Of a stretch of DNA of 64,000 nucleotides, positions 1 to 13,367 are shown in pieces (within the stretch, counting starts at the first letter, position 1; every line of letters begins with the position of its first letter). The stretch is from the NCBI RefSeq assembly GCF_009914755.1, contig NC_060932.1, one strand, 5' to 3'. The position numbers were made by a program, and so were the translations under genes. The notes beneath the pieces were generated by a model. It was not told the DNA's origin. It worked only from the letters and a program-made list of their open reading frames with translations, and did no database searches. Source of the stretch: the human T2T-CHM13v2.0 reference genome, Homo sapiens.

Positions 1-557
1 CCTTTGCTCTGACTTGACTCCCTCAAAGCGACTTTATAATTGTCACTTGTCTTCCCAAGCAAATGTTCCTTCAGAGGGAGGGATCAAGAAGCCTGGGTAT
101 TTTTATTTGCAAAATATGCACACTCTTCATTATAAATTAACAAACAAGACATTCTGTTTTATACACCAGAGGAAAAATAAAGTATGTAGAAAGTGAAGTA
201 TCTAATATTTCTGACAGATTTGCCCCTGAGGTCCTGTCTTCTTAATACTTCATCATGTTGTGGTCCTGCCTCCCCTTACCCAGCCTTGCTCTCTGCCCCA
301 CAACCTCTGTGTATTCTCACTGTTTATGGTCCCAGTGCAATGTCATCAAAAACTCCTCCAATACTATATGGGCAAGTTCTGGCAGGAAAATAAAAAAACC
401 TCGATATATATCATAGTACCTGTAATATTTAGTGAGAACTATTTCTACTCACTCAGCTTTTCTATGAATCTGGACTAGACTACAATTCCTACACCTGCAA
501 AGTTCTCAGTACACAGAACAAATCATCTGAGGATATCACGTGGTACCAGATACTCAC

Positions 558-647
558 ATTTTCTGACCGGAGCCTCTTGGCAGGACACCCTCCATCCCTG
601 GGGTGAAGCATGTAATACAGTCGGACTTTGCTTGCATGTTTTCGACT
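558..647 (-). CDS. ZMAT4: ZMAT4 internal coding exon (second coding exon), 90 bp, phase 0-0, [30 protein letters not shown]
   Basis: Minus strand reads ttttccttcccag|AGT CGA AAA CAT...GAA AAT|gtgagt with canonical splice sites. The peptide continues in frame from the upstream exon (…AHYE|SRKH…), completing C-x2-C-x12-H-x5-H, and matches ZMAT4 as I recall it. Too short to be in the ORF track. Confidence 0.95.
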
Positions 648-1444
648 CTGGGAAGGAAAAGCATAAGCAGATACTGTAAAAGATAAGCCATTTCAAACCC
701 TTTGAAACCTAGCCAGTGCCCGCAAATGCAAAAAGAAATGTATTTTCAGTAGAAGACACTTCTGCATACTCCTGTGAGGGATGTAGGATGTAGTTTCAGA
801 TAGGTTAAGTGGCTTGCCCCAAGTTCTAAAGCCAATGTAATTTCAGGATGAGAAAACACAGTAATGAAGAAGGTGAAGGCATTGAAATCATGTAGCCTAG
901 GGTGGATAATATACTATATTTAATTTTCCTCAAAAATAAAAACAAATAAGCAAAGGAAATAACATAAGCATTAATTGTGATAAGAAGAGGCACAGTGATC
1001 TCTCTCACTACTGCTGCCCTGCCCTCAGGGTCTGGGGACAATGCCTCCTTGGGAGCCTGGTGCACCTCACCCCCAATAGAAGCCTTTTCTCATGGCTCTC
1101 CCACACACAGACTTCATTAATAAGCTATCAAAAGGGATGGGATTCTCTAAGGTCAGATATCATGAGCAAACTAAAGAGAATTGTATGTCAGTCTGCGGAC
1201 TGACCACAGCCTAAGCTACCTGCCAGCAGATGATGCAGTTGAGCAAATAAAGACTCATTTTCTTTGGAATTAGCAGGATTGTTGATTTCTGGCTATACTG
1301 ACTGGTCCATGCCCAGCATGGAGAAACTGATGTCTTCTTTGTTCCCTATTTCCTCTTCTTTGCTCAACTGAGAGTTTCATCCCGGATTCCCATCACGTTT
1401 AAAGAATACAGTCAGAACTTCAAGTTTCTACCTGAGGCAGGATG

Positions 1445-1650
1445 GCGGAGTGAAAAGAACACTAAGAGTCATCACACATTCAGAATCTGGGTTCCAGCTC
1501 TACCACTTCCTAGCTGTGTGATATTAGGCCAGTCTCTTATTGGAATGTGTTTATATCAGAATGAGTCACATTTTCTCCATGTACAAAATGAATACCACAA
1601 CATTTGCTAGGGTGTCATAAGAATCAAATGAGACATTGCATATGAAAAAT
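1445..1650 (+). mobile_element. MIR SINE
   Basis: Core motif ccagctctaccacttcctagctgtgtga…aaaatg…atcaaatgaga. Confidence 0.7.
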
Positions 1651-3370
1651 TGCAATCTGCATAATATTAAACATTTTTCACTGTTGACTGCATCACCTCT
1701 CGAATCTATTGTTCCCTAATTCCAATCCCCCTTCCCTTTCCTTTACTCAGAGGTTATTTCCTGCTTTTCCAGGCTTTTGTTCCACTATGACTTTATTTAC
1801 AGTTGCATCCTAGCCCATCTCCTGGATGGTGGTTTACTTTTATGAATCAGCCATGAAGGCAAAGTGATTTTCAGAGAACACATAGAAAGTTGCATCTTGT
1901 TTACAGGATAGATTGTAAATCCTTCCTGTCCATTTTCCTCATTCATCACTTTCTTAATTCCTATATTCTGTCTAGAGCAACAAAAGACCAAGCTTCTAGA
2001 CAATCCCTGAACACTTTTAAGGCCTTTAAATGGGTTTAAAAGTGCCAATGAAACATGAAAAATTTTTACAAATGTGTAAAAGTACTGAAATGTGACTTAG
2101 AAATATATTGTCAACACTTATAGCACCATTTCTAGGTTACATAGTAGGTTTTAATCAAAGGTCATCTGGAGTTTTTTTTGTTTGTTTGTTTGTTTATTTT
2201 TGTCTAGAAGATTTTTTAAGAGAAACAGACATGTAGATGTATGTCAGATGAGTCAACATTATTTTGCGGCTTCTACATGTTTTTGAAAATGACAATGCAG
2301 GCTTATATTTTTCTCTTTGCAAATAAATTTGCAGCTTACTAACATCTGTACATATTTTCTGCCATTTTGCTGAGGGTATTTTAGAGGTAAGGAAGGAGTC
2401 ATGGTTATATTGGGACTACTACTACAGTCAAAAGAATAAAAAGGAACATTTAACCTGCAAGATGCTGAATGTGGACAGAGCCTGAGCTGGTGATAAAGCA
2501 CGCAGACGATAATGGGTGGAAAAATAAGTGGGAACAATGTGAGCTCAAATGTGGCTGAAGTGGATTTTCAATTTTACATTTGTTACCATAGAGGAACTTC
2601 TTTTCACATTCCCTGCATTATCAATCTCCTAAAGCTCTGGATTTCCAGAGAATGAAATTATGGCAAAACTGGAAATCTCATCATGCGGCCTGGTTTGTGG
2701 CTGTTTTTTTTTTTTCCTCTTAATCTAAAGTATTCCATTTCTTTTAAAAAGACCTTCTAGTAAAGGCAGAGTTCACTGAGTTATTTAATTACAGCTAGAC
2801 AAACTAGTCAGAACCCATTGGCTGAAAAGGAAAGGAAAATAAATGCCAAGCTCTGATATGAAGCCATTAGTGATGTGAGATGTTGGGATTTGAGGCTTAT
2901 TAGTGATTTTGATCAGTACAGGCCTGTTTTCCTCCCTCGGGGCCCCCCACCTCCAGTTTTGGCAGGAAAAGGAATGGCTACACCGCAGGCAGTGCCCTTG
3001 CCTAGGGTTTCCGGTGAGGAAAATCAGAGCTTTGGCAAATACCACCTGATTCTGGAATGATGGCGGAGGCATCCTAGTTCATTATTTAGCAGCATTCCTT
3101 TTCCCTGGGCACCGTTTTTCCCTCTCTTTGCTTTCCCCAAGGTGCCTGGACCAGATTCACTGCTTTCCCTGCCCACAACTTCCAGCAGGAAGTGAAAATC
3201 TGCAGACTTCTCAGGGGGAGGAGTGTGGAGTCACATTCCCAATTGGCCTGACTCAAATCCAAAGCTGCTTCCAAATTACGTTGGTTGACAAAGGGAAAGA
3301 GGTTCCCTGCAGATCGTTCCTGGGGTTTCTACAGCTTGCCCTGCCTCCAACCTAGGCCTGTGGCACCTGA

Positions 3371-3722
<352 letters not shown>

Positions 3723-6700
3723 ATCCTTTCCTTTCTTCCTGGCTTTCTCACCCCTCTCTCTAAATGAGACTCTGAGACACTTACAGTGTCTTCCTCTAAC
3801 TGGCTCCTCTCTACCCTGTACCTACTGGAAATTCTATGAGATTTGGCACAGTAATCTCACTCCTTTCAATTTATTCTAAAAAACAAACAAATGAACAAAA
3901 ACTTTCCTACAACAAGAAAGTTAAAATTAATTGAAACAAAGATATCCATTGCCGCATTACCTAAATAGGAACAAAAAATTAGGGAGACAATTGCAGATTT
4001 AACAACAGAAGGCTGATAAAGCAGCCGTGGCATGCCCTGTGTTAAAGGGAGAATTACGGGGGGGAAGAAACTTTATATATATACACACACACTCACATAT
4101 ATATAAAGGTTTTTAAATGTATATTATATATATACATATATATGTACCTACATATATAATGAATGTTGAAAGAAAAATGCTAAACTCAAAACTGCACAGA
4201 TACTATGATTACAATTACACAAAAGTGCTTAAGTAGATAATACAGGTAGAAAAGAAAAAGAAAAAAAAACCCATGATTCATTAGGATATGGGGAGTATGA
4301 CTGGTTTTTATTTTTTATTTTTATAACAAATTTGCCTATAACATAAATATAATAATAATAATTTTGCAATGCTTAAGCCATTTTGATTTCACATTGTGTA
4401 TACTTTTTACCCACAATTATTGTAATTAGTAAAAAGCATCACTGATCAGAAATGCTGTTAATGTATACTGGTATAATTGTCCACATTTTCATCAACCCTT
4501 GTTAATGTCTTATTAACATTCAAAATGCATTTCTGTTTCATTGGAGTACTTGGTATTAGATGAGCCTTCTTAACCCAAGAGCAATATATGCTACTTCCAA
4601 TTTTAAAACTTCATTTTAGTACATACATATGCCAGGGTACATAAGTGTCACTTTCACTTTCTGTGTATAAATAGAGACTAGAGGATGGGTAGGCCTAAGC
4701 TATACGCACAACTACACTGTGAAGGACTGGAGGAAAAGCTACATCTGAAACTGGCTCTTACGTCATCCAAATAAACACAAGCAAAAACACATCCTTATTA
4801 CTTTTTCCCAAGATTTATTAGTACCAAAATTTCCACTGCTTTTAAGAGTCTGAAAAGACAGGCAAACTGCCAAGTGAAAAGAACTTTAAGAAGAACACTT
4901 AATACCCACTTGTTAAATGTATATATTACAGAGTTTCAGGGGGAAAAAAAGAACCATTACATTAAGGGAAAAGACATGAAAAAGAATTAACAATCTCTTC
5001 CAATTACACTGAGAGTCAATCCCAGGCTCTTTTTTGCATTAATATTTGCATTTTGAGCAAAACTCATTTATTTCATTCAAACCACATCAACTTTAAGCTT
5101 CCCAGATCAACCAGAAATTACCAACTCTTCCATTTTAATTAAAGCCTTTACCCCCGATCCTAGGCATTGTGCGGGGACAGACCTATCTGAAGATTAGTTT
5201 CTTTTGCTGAAACAATCTCTTGGCACTCAAGGAAATAGTCTAAAATGGAAATTCAGGCCAGCCTTCTCTTTGGGGGAATAAAGAACAAGACAAACCTCTA
5301 TTTCAGATGTATTGCTGTGAAAGAAGGAGGTGAAACACATAGAAATAGAATGGCTTTTTGCCTCACCTAAATAACCATCTTCCATTATCACACATGCCTC
5401 AAAAAAATTCACAACTCAAATTTGCTTCCAGCAGGGCTACTGATTTCTGGTATCATAAAACGTGGCGATAACAAAGCAACCTTGTATTTGCATAATGCTT
5501 CAGGCAGTCTTCAAAGTCCTTCCACCTTCATCATCTTATTTCATCCCCGAATCACAGTTGTGAGGCTGGCAGGAGAGGTGTTATCTCAAATAAGCTTTAA
5601 GATCCATTTCTGATTTCCTAGATAAGTCTTCCACCATCTTATTTCATCAGAAGGATCTAATTATACCTCTTCTAGAAACCAGCTAAAATAAGCCGAGGAC
5701 CTCAATAAAACAGGAAAACCTGGAACAAAGAGTGATTCTCACATGCCACCACATTTGAGGTCATTCTGGGGAGAAGAGGAGCCAATAGGGAAGGGACAGC
5801 AAACACCAAACATCTAGAACACGGGTTCCTGCAAAACAACCGGCTGATGCGAGATGAGGGACTCCATCACACAGGATGAAATGAAAGGGCATCCTGGCAG
5901 AACCCCAGGAAGCATCCCTTCACTGAGGGTCCCAGGGATGAGCCCTGGAAAAGGTGCAGCATGGTCTCACTAGGAGGCAGGGTCAAATGCAGACAAGACA
6001 AATAGAAAACCACAAGTGCTGGGGATTCCCTCTAACGAATGGAACTCTTTTCCAAATGGATGTATCTTCTCTTATTTGTCAGGGGAAGAACATTGGGCAC
6101 AGAAACTCCGTGTACCTAGAATGAATGATGGGTCAACTAAAACTCTAGGAAGAGAAAGCTGGTCCCTAAAGGAAGGCTTCTCCAACATAGGGAAGGAAGA
6201 AGTCAAACTCCTCTGCTGGAAGACCCCGAGGTGCCAGGTCCCAGACCTCCTGCCCAGGCCACTGGGCTACTGAAATGGTCTTTAACTGAGTCCTAGTGCT
6301 AAAATCAAATCAGAAGATTCTAAAAGGCTTTAGGTAGATGTTGGAAAGATCCAAGGCCAATCACACATAGCAGGGAAACATGGCTGGCTTTAATAACCTT
6401 CTGCTCTGCCAAAGATTGGTGGCATCTATAAAAAAAAAAACTGTGAAAAAAATATGAAAGAAGGTTTTGAGAAACTCTCAAGGAAATTAAGCAATTGTTT
6501 GCAAAATATTTACTACAATAAGTAGAAGTTTTAAATGGCACTTTTTTGTCATTTAATTCAAGAAAATATCAACAGGGTAAAAGCTGAAAGATGAGATAAG
6601 ACAACAGATTGAGATAAGGTATTAGGGTCTGAGTTAATACAGAATGGAAATTCAAAACATCATAGCTTTATCTTGAAGGTCTTTCACTTTAATAGCAGAA

Positions 6701-6789
6701 TCAACACAGGAGATCTATGTAGAAGTCAAGATAGAGACAATTTCTAGAATGCTTAGAATAAAAAGTAAAATGAGAAAAAAAAAGAAACT

Positions 6790-7800
6790 AAAGATCTTAT
6801 ATATGAAAAAACAGAACAAATATAATATGGCTTTAATGGCAGAATAAACAGACAAATACATGGAATATAATAAAAAGTCCCAAAATAGAGTCAATAATTT
6901 GGGACTAAAAGAAAACTAGGAAAATATATTTAACCTTGTGATGGGAAAGTTTTCTAAGCAAAGAAAGAAAAAAATGCAGGACTGATGGACCTGGCTACAA
7001 ATTTGAAATACGTATGTGTAAGAAGAAACCCACAAAGTAGGAAAAATATTTGCAGCGTGTAAAAGAAAATGGCTTTACTATCTTTGAGATCAGAAGTGTC
7101 CTCACAAATTTATTCAGAAAGAAACAACATTAAAATAGACAAAGGATAGAAATAGGAATTGTAGAAATACTAATAGTTAAAAGACTTACAAAAAGAAATT
7201 CATCCAAGTGCTACCTTACAACTGTTTAATTTAAAAAATGTGTTTCTTTCTCCCATCAAATTGGCAAGGATTTACAAAATATATATATCCATATTGGTGA
7301 AGATGCAGAAAAAGCTAGCACTTGTGTACATAGATAATAGGCATGTAAATTGATACAAGCTTCCTGGATGGAAATTTTGTAATATATATCCAAAGCAAAA
7401 ACTTGTTTGAGTCAACAATCCTACTTCTTTGAATTTATTCTAAGGAAGCAATCAGAGACATGTATTTCCATTTATTTATAGTAGTAAACATGGGAAAATA
7501 AGTTAAATGCCCTAAAACAAGAGGGATAAATATTGTAATATATCCATATAATAGATACCAAAGAGCCACTGGCAAGCATAATGATAATATTCAATGACAT
7601 AGAAGTATATATATATATAATAAATATTAAAAGGCAGTTTCTAATCAGAATATAAATTTTTAAACAAAAATGTATATGCATCTGTATGCATATACAAGGC
7701 AAAGATCTAGGAAGAAATGTACAAAAGGATTAGCATTGTTTATATGGATTACAAGTGACTTTAAGTTTTCTTATTAATGCTTTTTTGAAATTTTAGATTA
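6790..7800 (+). mobile_element. Old L1 (L1ME-like) 3' region
   Basis: A-rich, with degenerate L1 ORF2/3'UTR motifs (aaaatatttgca, caatcctacttctttgaatttattctaagg). Confidence 0.6.
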
Positions 7801-7969
7801 CTTAGAAGATCAAATCATTCCAATAATCAGATGGAAAAATCATCATTTTAAAGATTCATTCTAACACTGATGATTTATCATTCTAATAGTCCTACCTTAA
7901 GATGAGGAATATATATCCCAGAAAGACCAAGAGATTTTCTCAAGGTCCCACAACTTACAAGTTTTCAGT

Positions 7970-8075
7970 GAACAGAGATTATATCTGTTGGTTTCACTGT
8001 TGTATCCCCAAAATCTATCACAATGCCTGACACATGGCCGGTGCTCAATAAAGATTTGTCATTTCAGTGATTGAG
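7970..8075 (+). mobile_element. L2 3' end
   Basis: ttcactgttgtatcccca…tgcctgacacatgg…gtgctcaataaa. Confidence 0.75.
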
Positions 8076-8672
8076 CATGTGAAGGAAAGAATAAGTTAAC
8101 CTCGGAACAAGAACCCAAGACCCTTGAAGAATTAAGACCATTGTGTAAAAGTGTCGTGTACATTTGAAACATGTTGTTACAGATCCCGTTGCGTTCCAAA
8201 AATGAAATTGAAAGACTCACACATCTACTTCCATCTCTAAACTCCATGGCTGCAGTACAGGTCAGAGAGGAGCAAGGGAGCCCGCAGACCAGAGATAGTC
8301 CTAAGCGGCATTGCCCACAGGCATTTGACAGAGTGCACGGTGGAGGAAACGTCTCAGCAGGTGAGCTGATGAAGACTGCAGTTGAAGCATAAGCTCTGAA
8401 GAAACTGAGGGTTTGCTGCAACTGGTGCAAAAGTGGAGATTCAGGGTGGCAGCTGTCTTGCTGCAGAGTCCACAGCTCAAACAGAGGCAGTGTGTTGAGG
8501 AAGAGAGGTTTGGGACAAGGCAGAATTAACTCCTCTACTGTTTCCAAGAGTCAGGGATCCACTAGATACTAGCTTGGTAAAGTGTCCTTAGACCTGTGAT
8601 CAGATATGCAGGCTTCTGTGGCTGAAGGTGCCATGCCTTAGCTTTTAATTATAGGATCGTGGACATTTGTTT

Positions 8673-9048
8673 TATTCTGGACTGAATTGTGTTGCAGCCC
8701 TCATGCCCAATGTGACTGTATCTGGAAGCAGGGTCTGTCAGGAGGTAATTAAGGTTAGGTGAAGTCACAAGGGTGGGGCCCTAACTGATAGGACCGGTGT
8801 GTTTATATGAAGGGGAAGAGACATCAGAGATTGTGCTCTCTGTCCATGTGCACAGAGAAAAGGCCATGTGAGGATACAGCAAGAAGGCGGCTGTCTACAC
8901 GCCAGGAGAGAGCCATCGCCAGAAACCGACCCTGCTGCCACCTTGATCATGGACTTCTAGCCTCCAAAACAGCAAAAAAATAAATATCTGTTGGTTAAGC
9001 CCCCAAATCTGGTATCTTGTTATGACACAGCCTAGGCTGACTAATACA
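8673..9048 (+). mobile_element. MLT1A-type MaLR solo LTR
   Basis: tggactgaattgtg…aaggccatgtgaggatacagcaagaaggcggctgtc…ccttgatcatggacttctagcctcca…ctaataca. Confidence 0.85.
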
Positions 9049-9844
9049 TATGCCATCCATCTACACTAGATGTTCTCCTGGGGTCTTTCTTCTTCTACAC
9101 AGCAATCCGTTCAATTTCCAAAAGCAAAAAGGGTAGTCCCAATGTTTCTAGAATTAGGTCACTTCGTTTCTTCCAAAATATGTTTAAAACAGCATTTAAA
9201 GTGAGGAACACTTACCATAAAAAGTATTAGGAAAAAGCAAATTTTTGCTGGAGAAAAAAATCATGTACGGTGGGATGTGCAGTGCCTGTGATTGTGGAAT
9301 CATGTTTGTAATTATCTACGTGGCTGTCTGCCTACACAAGTGACTACATCAACATGTTACAATTTTAAATAAAAGTCCTGCAACTCAAAAAATTAAATTA
9401 CCACCAAAGCCTGGAGGAACAGTTTTCTGTGGTGTTCAGTACAGAGCTAAATATGTCTCTATGATGTCTGTGCATTTTAAACAGAGTCACATGAGAAATA
9501 AAAGAACACAGGCTCATCTAGGCTTCTCTTTTGCGGTTTGGGGAAAAAAGCACTATTTCCCCAGAAAGCCCTTGAAGAGAAGTTAAAGGTAGGGATAAGA
9601 GAAAAAATAAAGCCAATGTGATCAGTATTAAAGTCAGAGAAGACTGGGTAATGTGAAGTAACAAAGTTAACAAATCCTTCTGAAATGTGGAATCTTAAAC
9701 AACATGAGCCAATCCTGAGCTACAGTTTCTGATGTCTCAGGTTTCTTCTATAAAATTTGTGGCTGGACTAAGAACCTGTGTGGAGTCCAAAAATTAACCC
9801 CACTACTGGCAAGAGCAAGGACTAGTGTGATAGCCACCGATTTC

Positions 9845-10599
9845 TTTCTTTTTTTTTTTTTGTAAAGTCATGAGTTTATTGCGTATGTAACAAAATGAAC
9901 CTGACCTCCTGGGTCCAGCCTGCTGTACAATCACTGTTTGTTTTGTGTTTCCAGCTGGTTCCATAACCACATTAAATAGAACTAGTATTTCATTAAATAC
10001 TTTTGATTTTGACATAAAACAGAACAACAGTGTACAACTTTCACAAAATAAATCAGTGATGAAAACAATGGGAAGGATAACAGGGATAGCAGCAATACTT
10101 AAAAACAAGATATTACAAAATAAATTTAAAAATACATTATAAAGTGGTTGAGAAACAAAAATAAACAAATTTTTAAAATCCACACTATGTTTTGGGAAGG
10201 TTGCCGTGCAGCACACACCTGGCTGCAGATGGGCGGGGAGAGGGGACATTTTGTCTGCAGAAGGCCTTTCCTGACATCTCAGACTGAGTGACAACCTAAT
10301 CTGAATTCAGACCATAAGGCTGAACAAGCTTAGGGGTTGCAATTCGATCTGGTGGGAGATTCTCTTTTCTTGAGAGAGCCCTTTTCCTGTTGCCCCGGGC
10401 CTCCCAGGCAGCCTCAGCTCTTCCTACCGAAAGCACTGGTGGAGTGGTGTTAGCTACATCCCTGAGTGTTGGCCGATGGCCACTGGTGAGGGCAAGCCTG
10501 AAAAGCAGGGCCCCTGAAGCATCTGGGCAGAGGGGCGGAGGGCATGGCTGGATCACCTGGGATCACTGAGAGGGGCCACAGAGAGATCACATGTGAATG
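9845..10599 (-). pseudogene. Retrocopy (processed pseudogene fragment) of the 3' end of an unidentified mRNA
   Basis: Poly(A) tail (T-run 9845-9861), AATAAA (tttatt 9875-9880), 16-bp TSD gatagccacYgatttc at 9829-9844 and 10600-10615, U-rich 3'UTR-like body. Confidence 0.8.
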
Positions 10600-11927
10600 G
10601 ATAGCCACTGATTTCGAGTGAGGTTTAGTCTGTGGGAAAAAACAACGGACAAGTGTCCCCACCCTTATGTGAATGACAAGGCAGGCAGGGCAGTCTCTCA
10701 GACAACCCCAATAAGGTCAACAGCTGCAACAAGGCTCCCAGGAGCTCCCCCAACATACTCTGATCACCTCATTATTCTGTATAACATTTTTATATTAGAT
10801 TATCTTTTTACCCTATTACTTTATACTTTGTAGCATGTATCATTAATTATTCTCAAATTGAACTCGGTTATTCTGAGTGAATCTTCCATTTCTCTTGATC
10901 CAACCCCACAACACACCTTTAAATATTCTGCACAGGGCTGTTGCTCTTTAAATACTCGTTAACTATTTAAGTAGCTAGGTAAATCGGATTACAGTAAACA
11001 CAACTTAAACAAAACTCGCTTTAAACAGAGCAATAATAGAAGAAAAAGTTGGATTAACTAAACAAACAAAATAGTAGAGTATTTGCTGAACAAAGAGATT
11101 CTCCATCTCTCATCAAATTATATTTTAAAAGTCAAATTCCTAGGGTGCACTTAAAATGTGACTTTATTTTTGAAGATTTTGTATCCACATTATTTTCAAA
11201 AAATACTCCTAGGAATACATAACATTTATAACCTGAAAAAAGTGATCAGCGAATTCTATAAAGAACATTTCTCAGTGTAAAATAATGTGCACAGAACAGC
11301 CTATCTGTTGCTCCCATCTCTACACTAATGTTGCCCTCCCCACCCTTGAGTCAGTTTTTTGCACAGAAAATTACTCAGTGGAAGTGGGGCAGGGATGAAA
11401 ATTCTCTCACCAGTGCAGCTGGGGCCAGCTATAATACTGTAGAAAAATAGGTAAGCAGCTTTGTTTCACCTAATGACGGGAAAACAGAAATTTTTTCTTT
11501 TGAATCCCATCTTTCTGAGTCCCCAAACAGAGTTAAGTACTCCAAAGCATATTTGATTATTCCACCAGTATTTGTTTTATTTAATCCAACTTTACAGGCC
11601 TTAGGGGAAGAAGGAACATGCTGCCAGCTGCAATTCCATTATCACCTGCAGCTCAACCCCCACCTGCTTTTCAATTTTTCTATTTGCTTACTCAAAGACC
11701 CAGATTTTAGTCTGTTTGCAGGTTGCTTTCAATTGATGGCATGATGAAAGAAAAACAGGGAATTTCTGAAATACGTAATCCATCATCTCTAGCCAGGTGG
11801 TTGAGTAGAGGATTTTTTGAGTTGCAGGACTTTTATTTTAAATTGTAATGCATCCTCAACTCAACCACCTGGCTAGAGAAGCTGGATTATATATTTTGGA
11901 AATATATTATCTGTATTTAATCAATAC

Positions 11928-12280
11928 TAATATGGTTTGGCTGTGTCACCACCCAAATTTCATCTTGAATTGTGGCTCCCATAATTCCCATAATTCATGT
12001 TGTGGGAGGGACCTGGTGGGAGATAATTGAATCATGGGTGCAGTTTCCCCAAATACTGTTCTCATGGTAGTGAATAAGTCTCACAAGATCTGATGGTTTA
12101 ATAAGTGGAAACCTCTCTTGCTTGGCTTTCATTCTCTCTTGCCTGCCACCATGTAAGACATGCTTTTTGCCTTCCACCATGATTGCGAGGCCTCCCCAAC
12201 CACGTAGAACCTCTTTTTCTTTATAAATTACCCAGTCTCAGGAATGTCTTTATCAGCAGGGTGAAAACTGAACTAATGCA
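11928..12280 (+). mobile_element. THE1-type MaLR solo LTR
   Basis: atatggtttggctgtgtcaccacccaaat…gccttccaccatgattgcgaggcctcccca…aactaatgca. Confidence 0.9.
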
Positions 12281-12494
12281 AGTACCCACCCACCAAGAAA
12301 CGCCCAGAGCTCTATGTCATGCCTCTCCCTCAACTAGAGGGACCAGAGAGAAGCCAGAGAGAAACACAGGCAGAGGTTTACATTTCTAGAGGTGAGGGCA
12401 CGCAAAGCACCCGCTCCTGGGGAGAGCTGAGAGGGGACTGCCGGAGGTCAAACTGCAAGAGTCCTTTCCTTTCCATTCTCTCTCAGTTTGATCC

Positions 12495-12620
12495 TTGGAT
12501 CACCTATTCAGAATCACAGGGAGTTTTTTTAAAAGGCAGTTTCGTGACTGAATAATAAGAATTACTAGGGATAGAGTTTGGGGCATTAGATGTTTCACCA
12601 GCTCCCCCAGTGCTTCCTAG
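12495..12620. mobile_element. MER5-like hAT-Charlie relic
   Basis: tcagaatcacagggag…ttttaaaa…agctcccccag motif. Confidence 0.5.
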
Positions 12621-13033
12621 GAAAATGGATTTTTAAAAATTGCGGCTTTCCTTTCCTCTCTTTTCAACTCTCCCATCTCTCCCTGGTGGCTGCCAAGCCC
12701 AGATTGGCAGGAAAAGAAACCAGACTGAGTGAGCTGTCTTCTGGCTTCAGCTGGATAGCACCTCAGTGAGAGGCAAAATCAGGGAGAAATAGTCTCAAGG
12801 CCAACCCGCCGGCAACCTGAAAACAGCAGGCTGAGAGGTGTGGAGCATGAAGGAAGCCCACTTTTGGCAGGGGCACTGCTCTAATGCCTTCCAGCTCTCA
12901 AGCTCTTCAACTGCCAGTTTTCATTTCTCAGAATCTTATCTTTCCCTCCCCTCCCAACTTTTTTTTCTCCTCTTCCTAACCACCTTCACAACGTTGCCCT
13001 TTAGCTATCCGAACACCCTACTGAAACTCAGTA

Positions 13034-13367
13034 CAGATGCTCCTTGACTCACGATGGGATTTCTCCCCATAAGCCTGCGGTAAACTGAAATTGAAATGCA
13101 TCACCTAAATCGAAATGCATTTGACACACCAAACCTACCCGACACCATAGCTTAGCCTGGCCTACCTTACACATGCTCAGAACACTTACATTAGCCTACA
13201 GCTGGCAAAAATCATCTACCACAAAGCCTGTTTTATAATATAGTGTTGACGATCTCATGTGAATTATTAAATACTGTACTGAAGTATGGCTTCTACAGAA
13301 GGTGTATCGTTTTCTCATAAAGTCGAACAATTGTTAAGTTGAAACATTGTAAGTTTGGGACTGTCTG
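13034..13367 (+). mobile_element. MER47A-like Tigger DNA transposon
   Basis: Termini cagatgctccttgactcacgatgg … ttgtaagtttgggactgtctg; internal cttagcctggcctaccttacacatgctcagaacacttacattagcctacag. Confidence 0.8.

Noticed and set aside
9803-10294. 163-aa hydrophobic ORF in the retrocopy
   Set aside because: Reflects U-rich 3'UTR composition and runs through the poly(A) tail into the flank.
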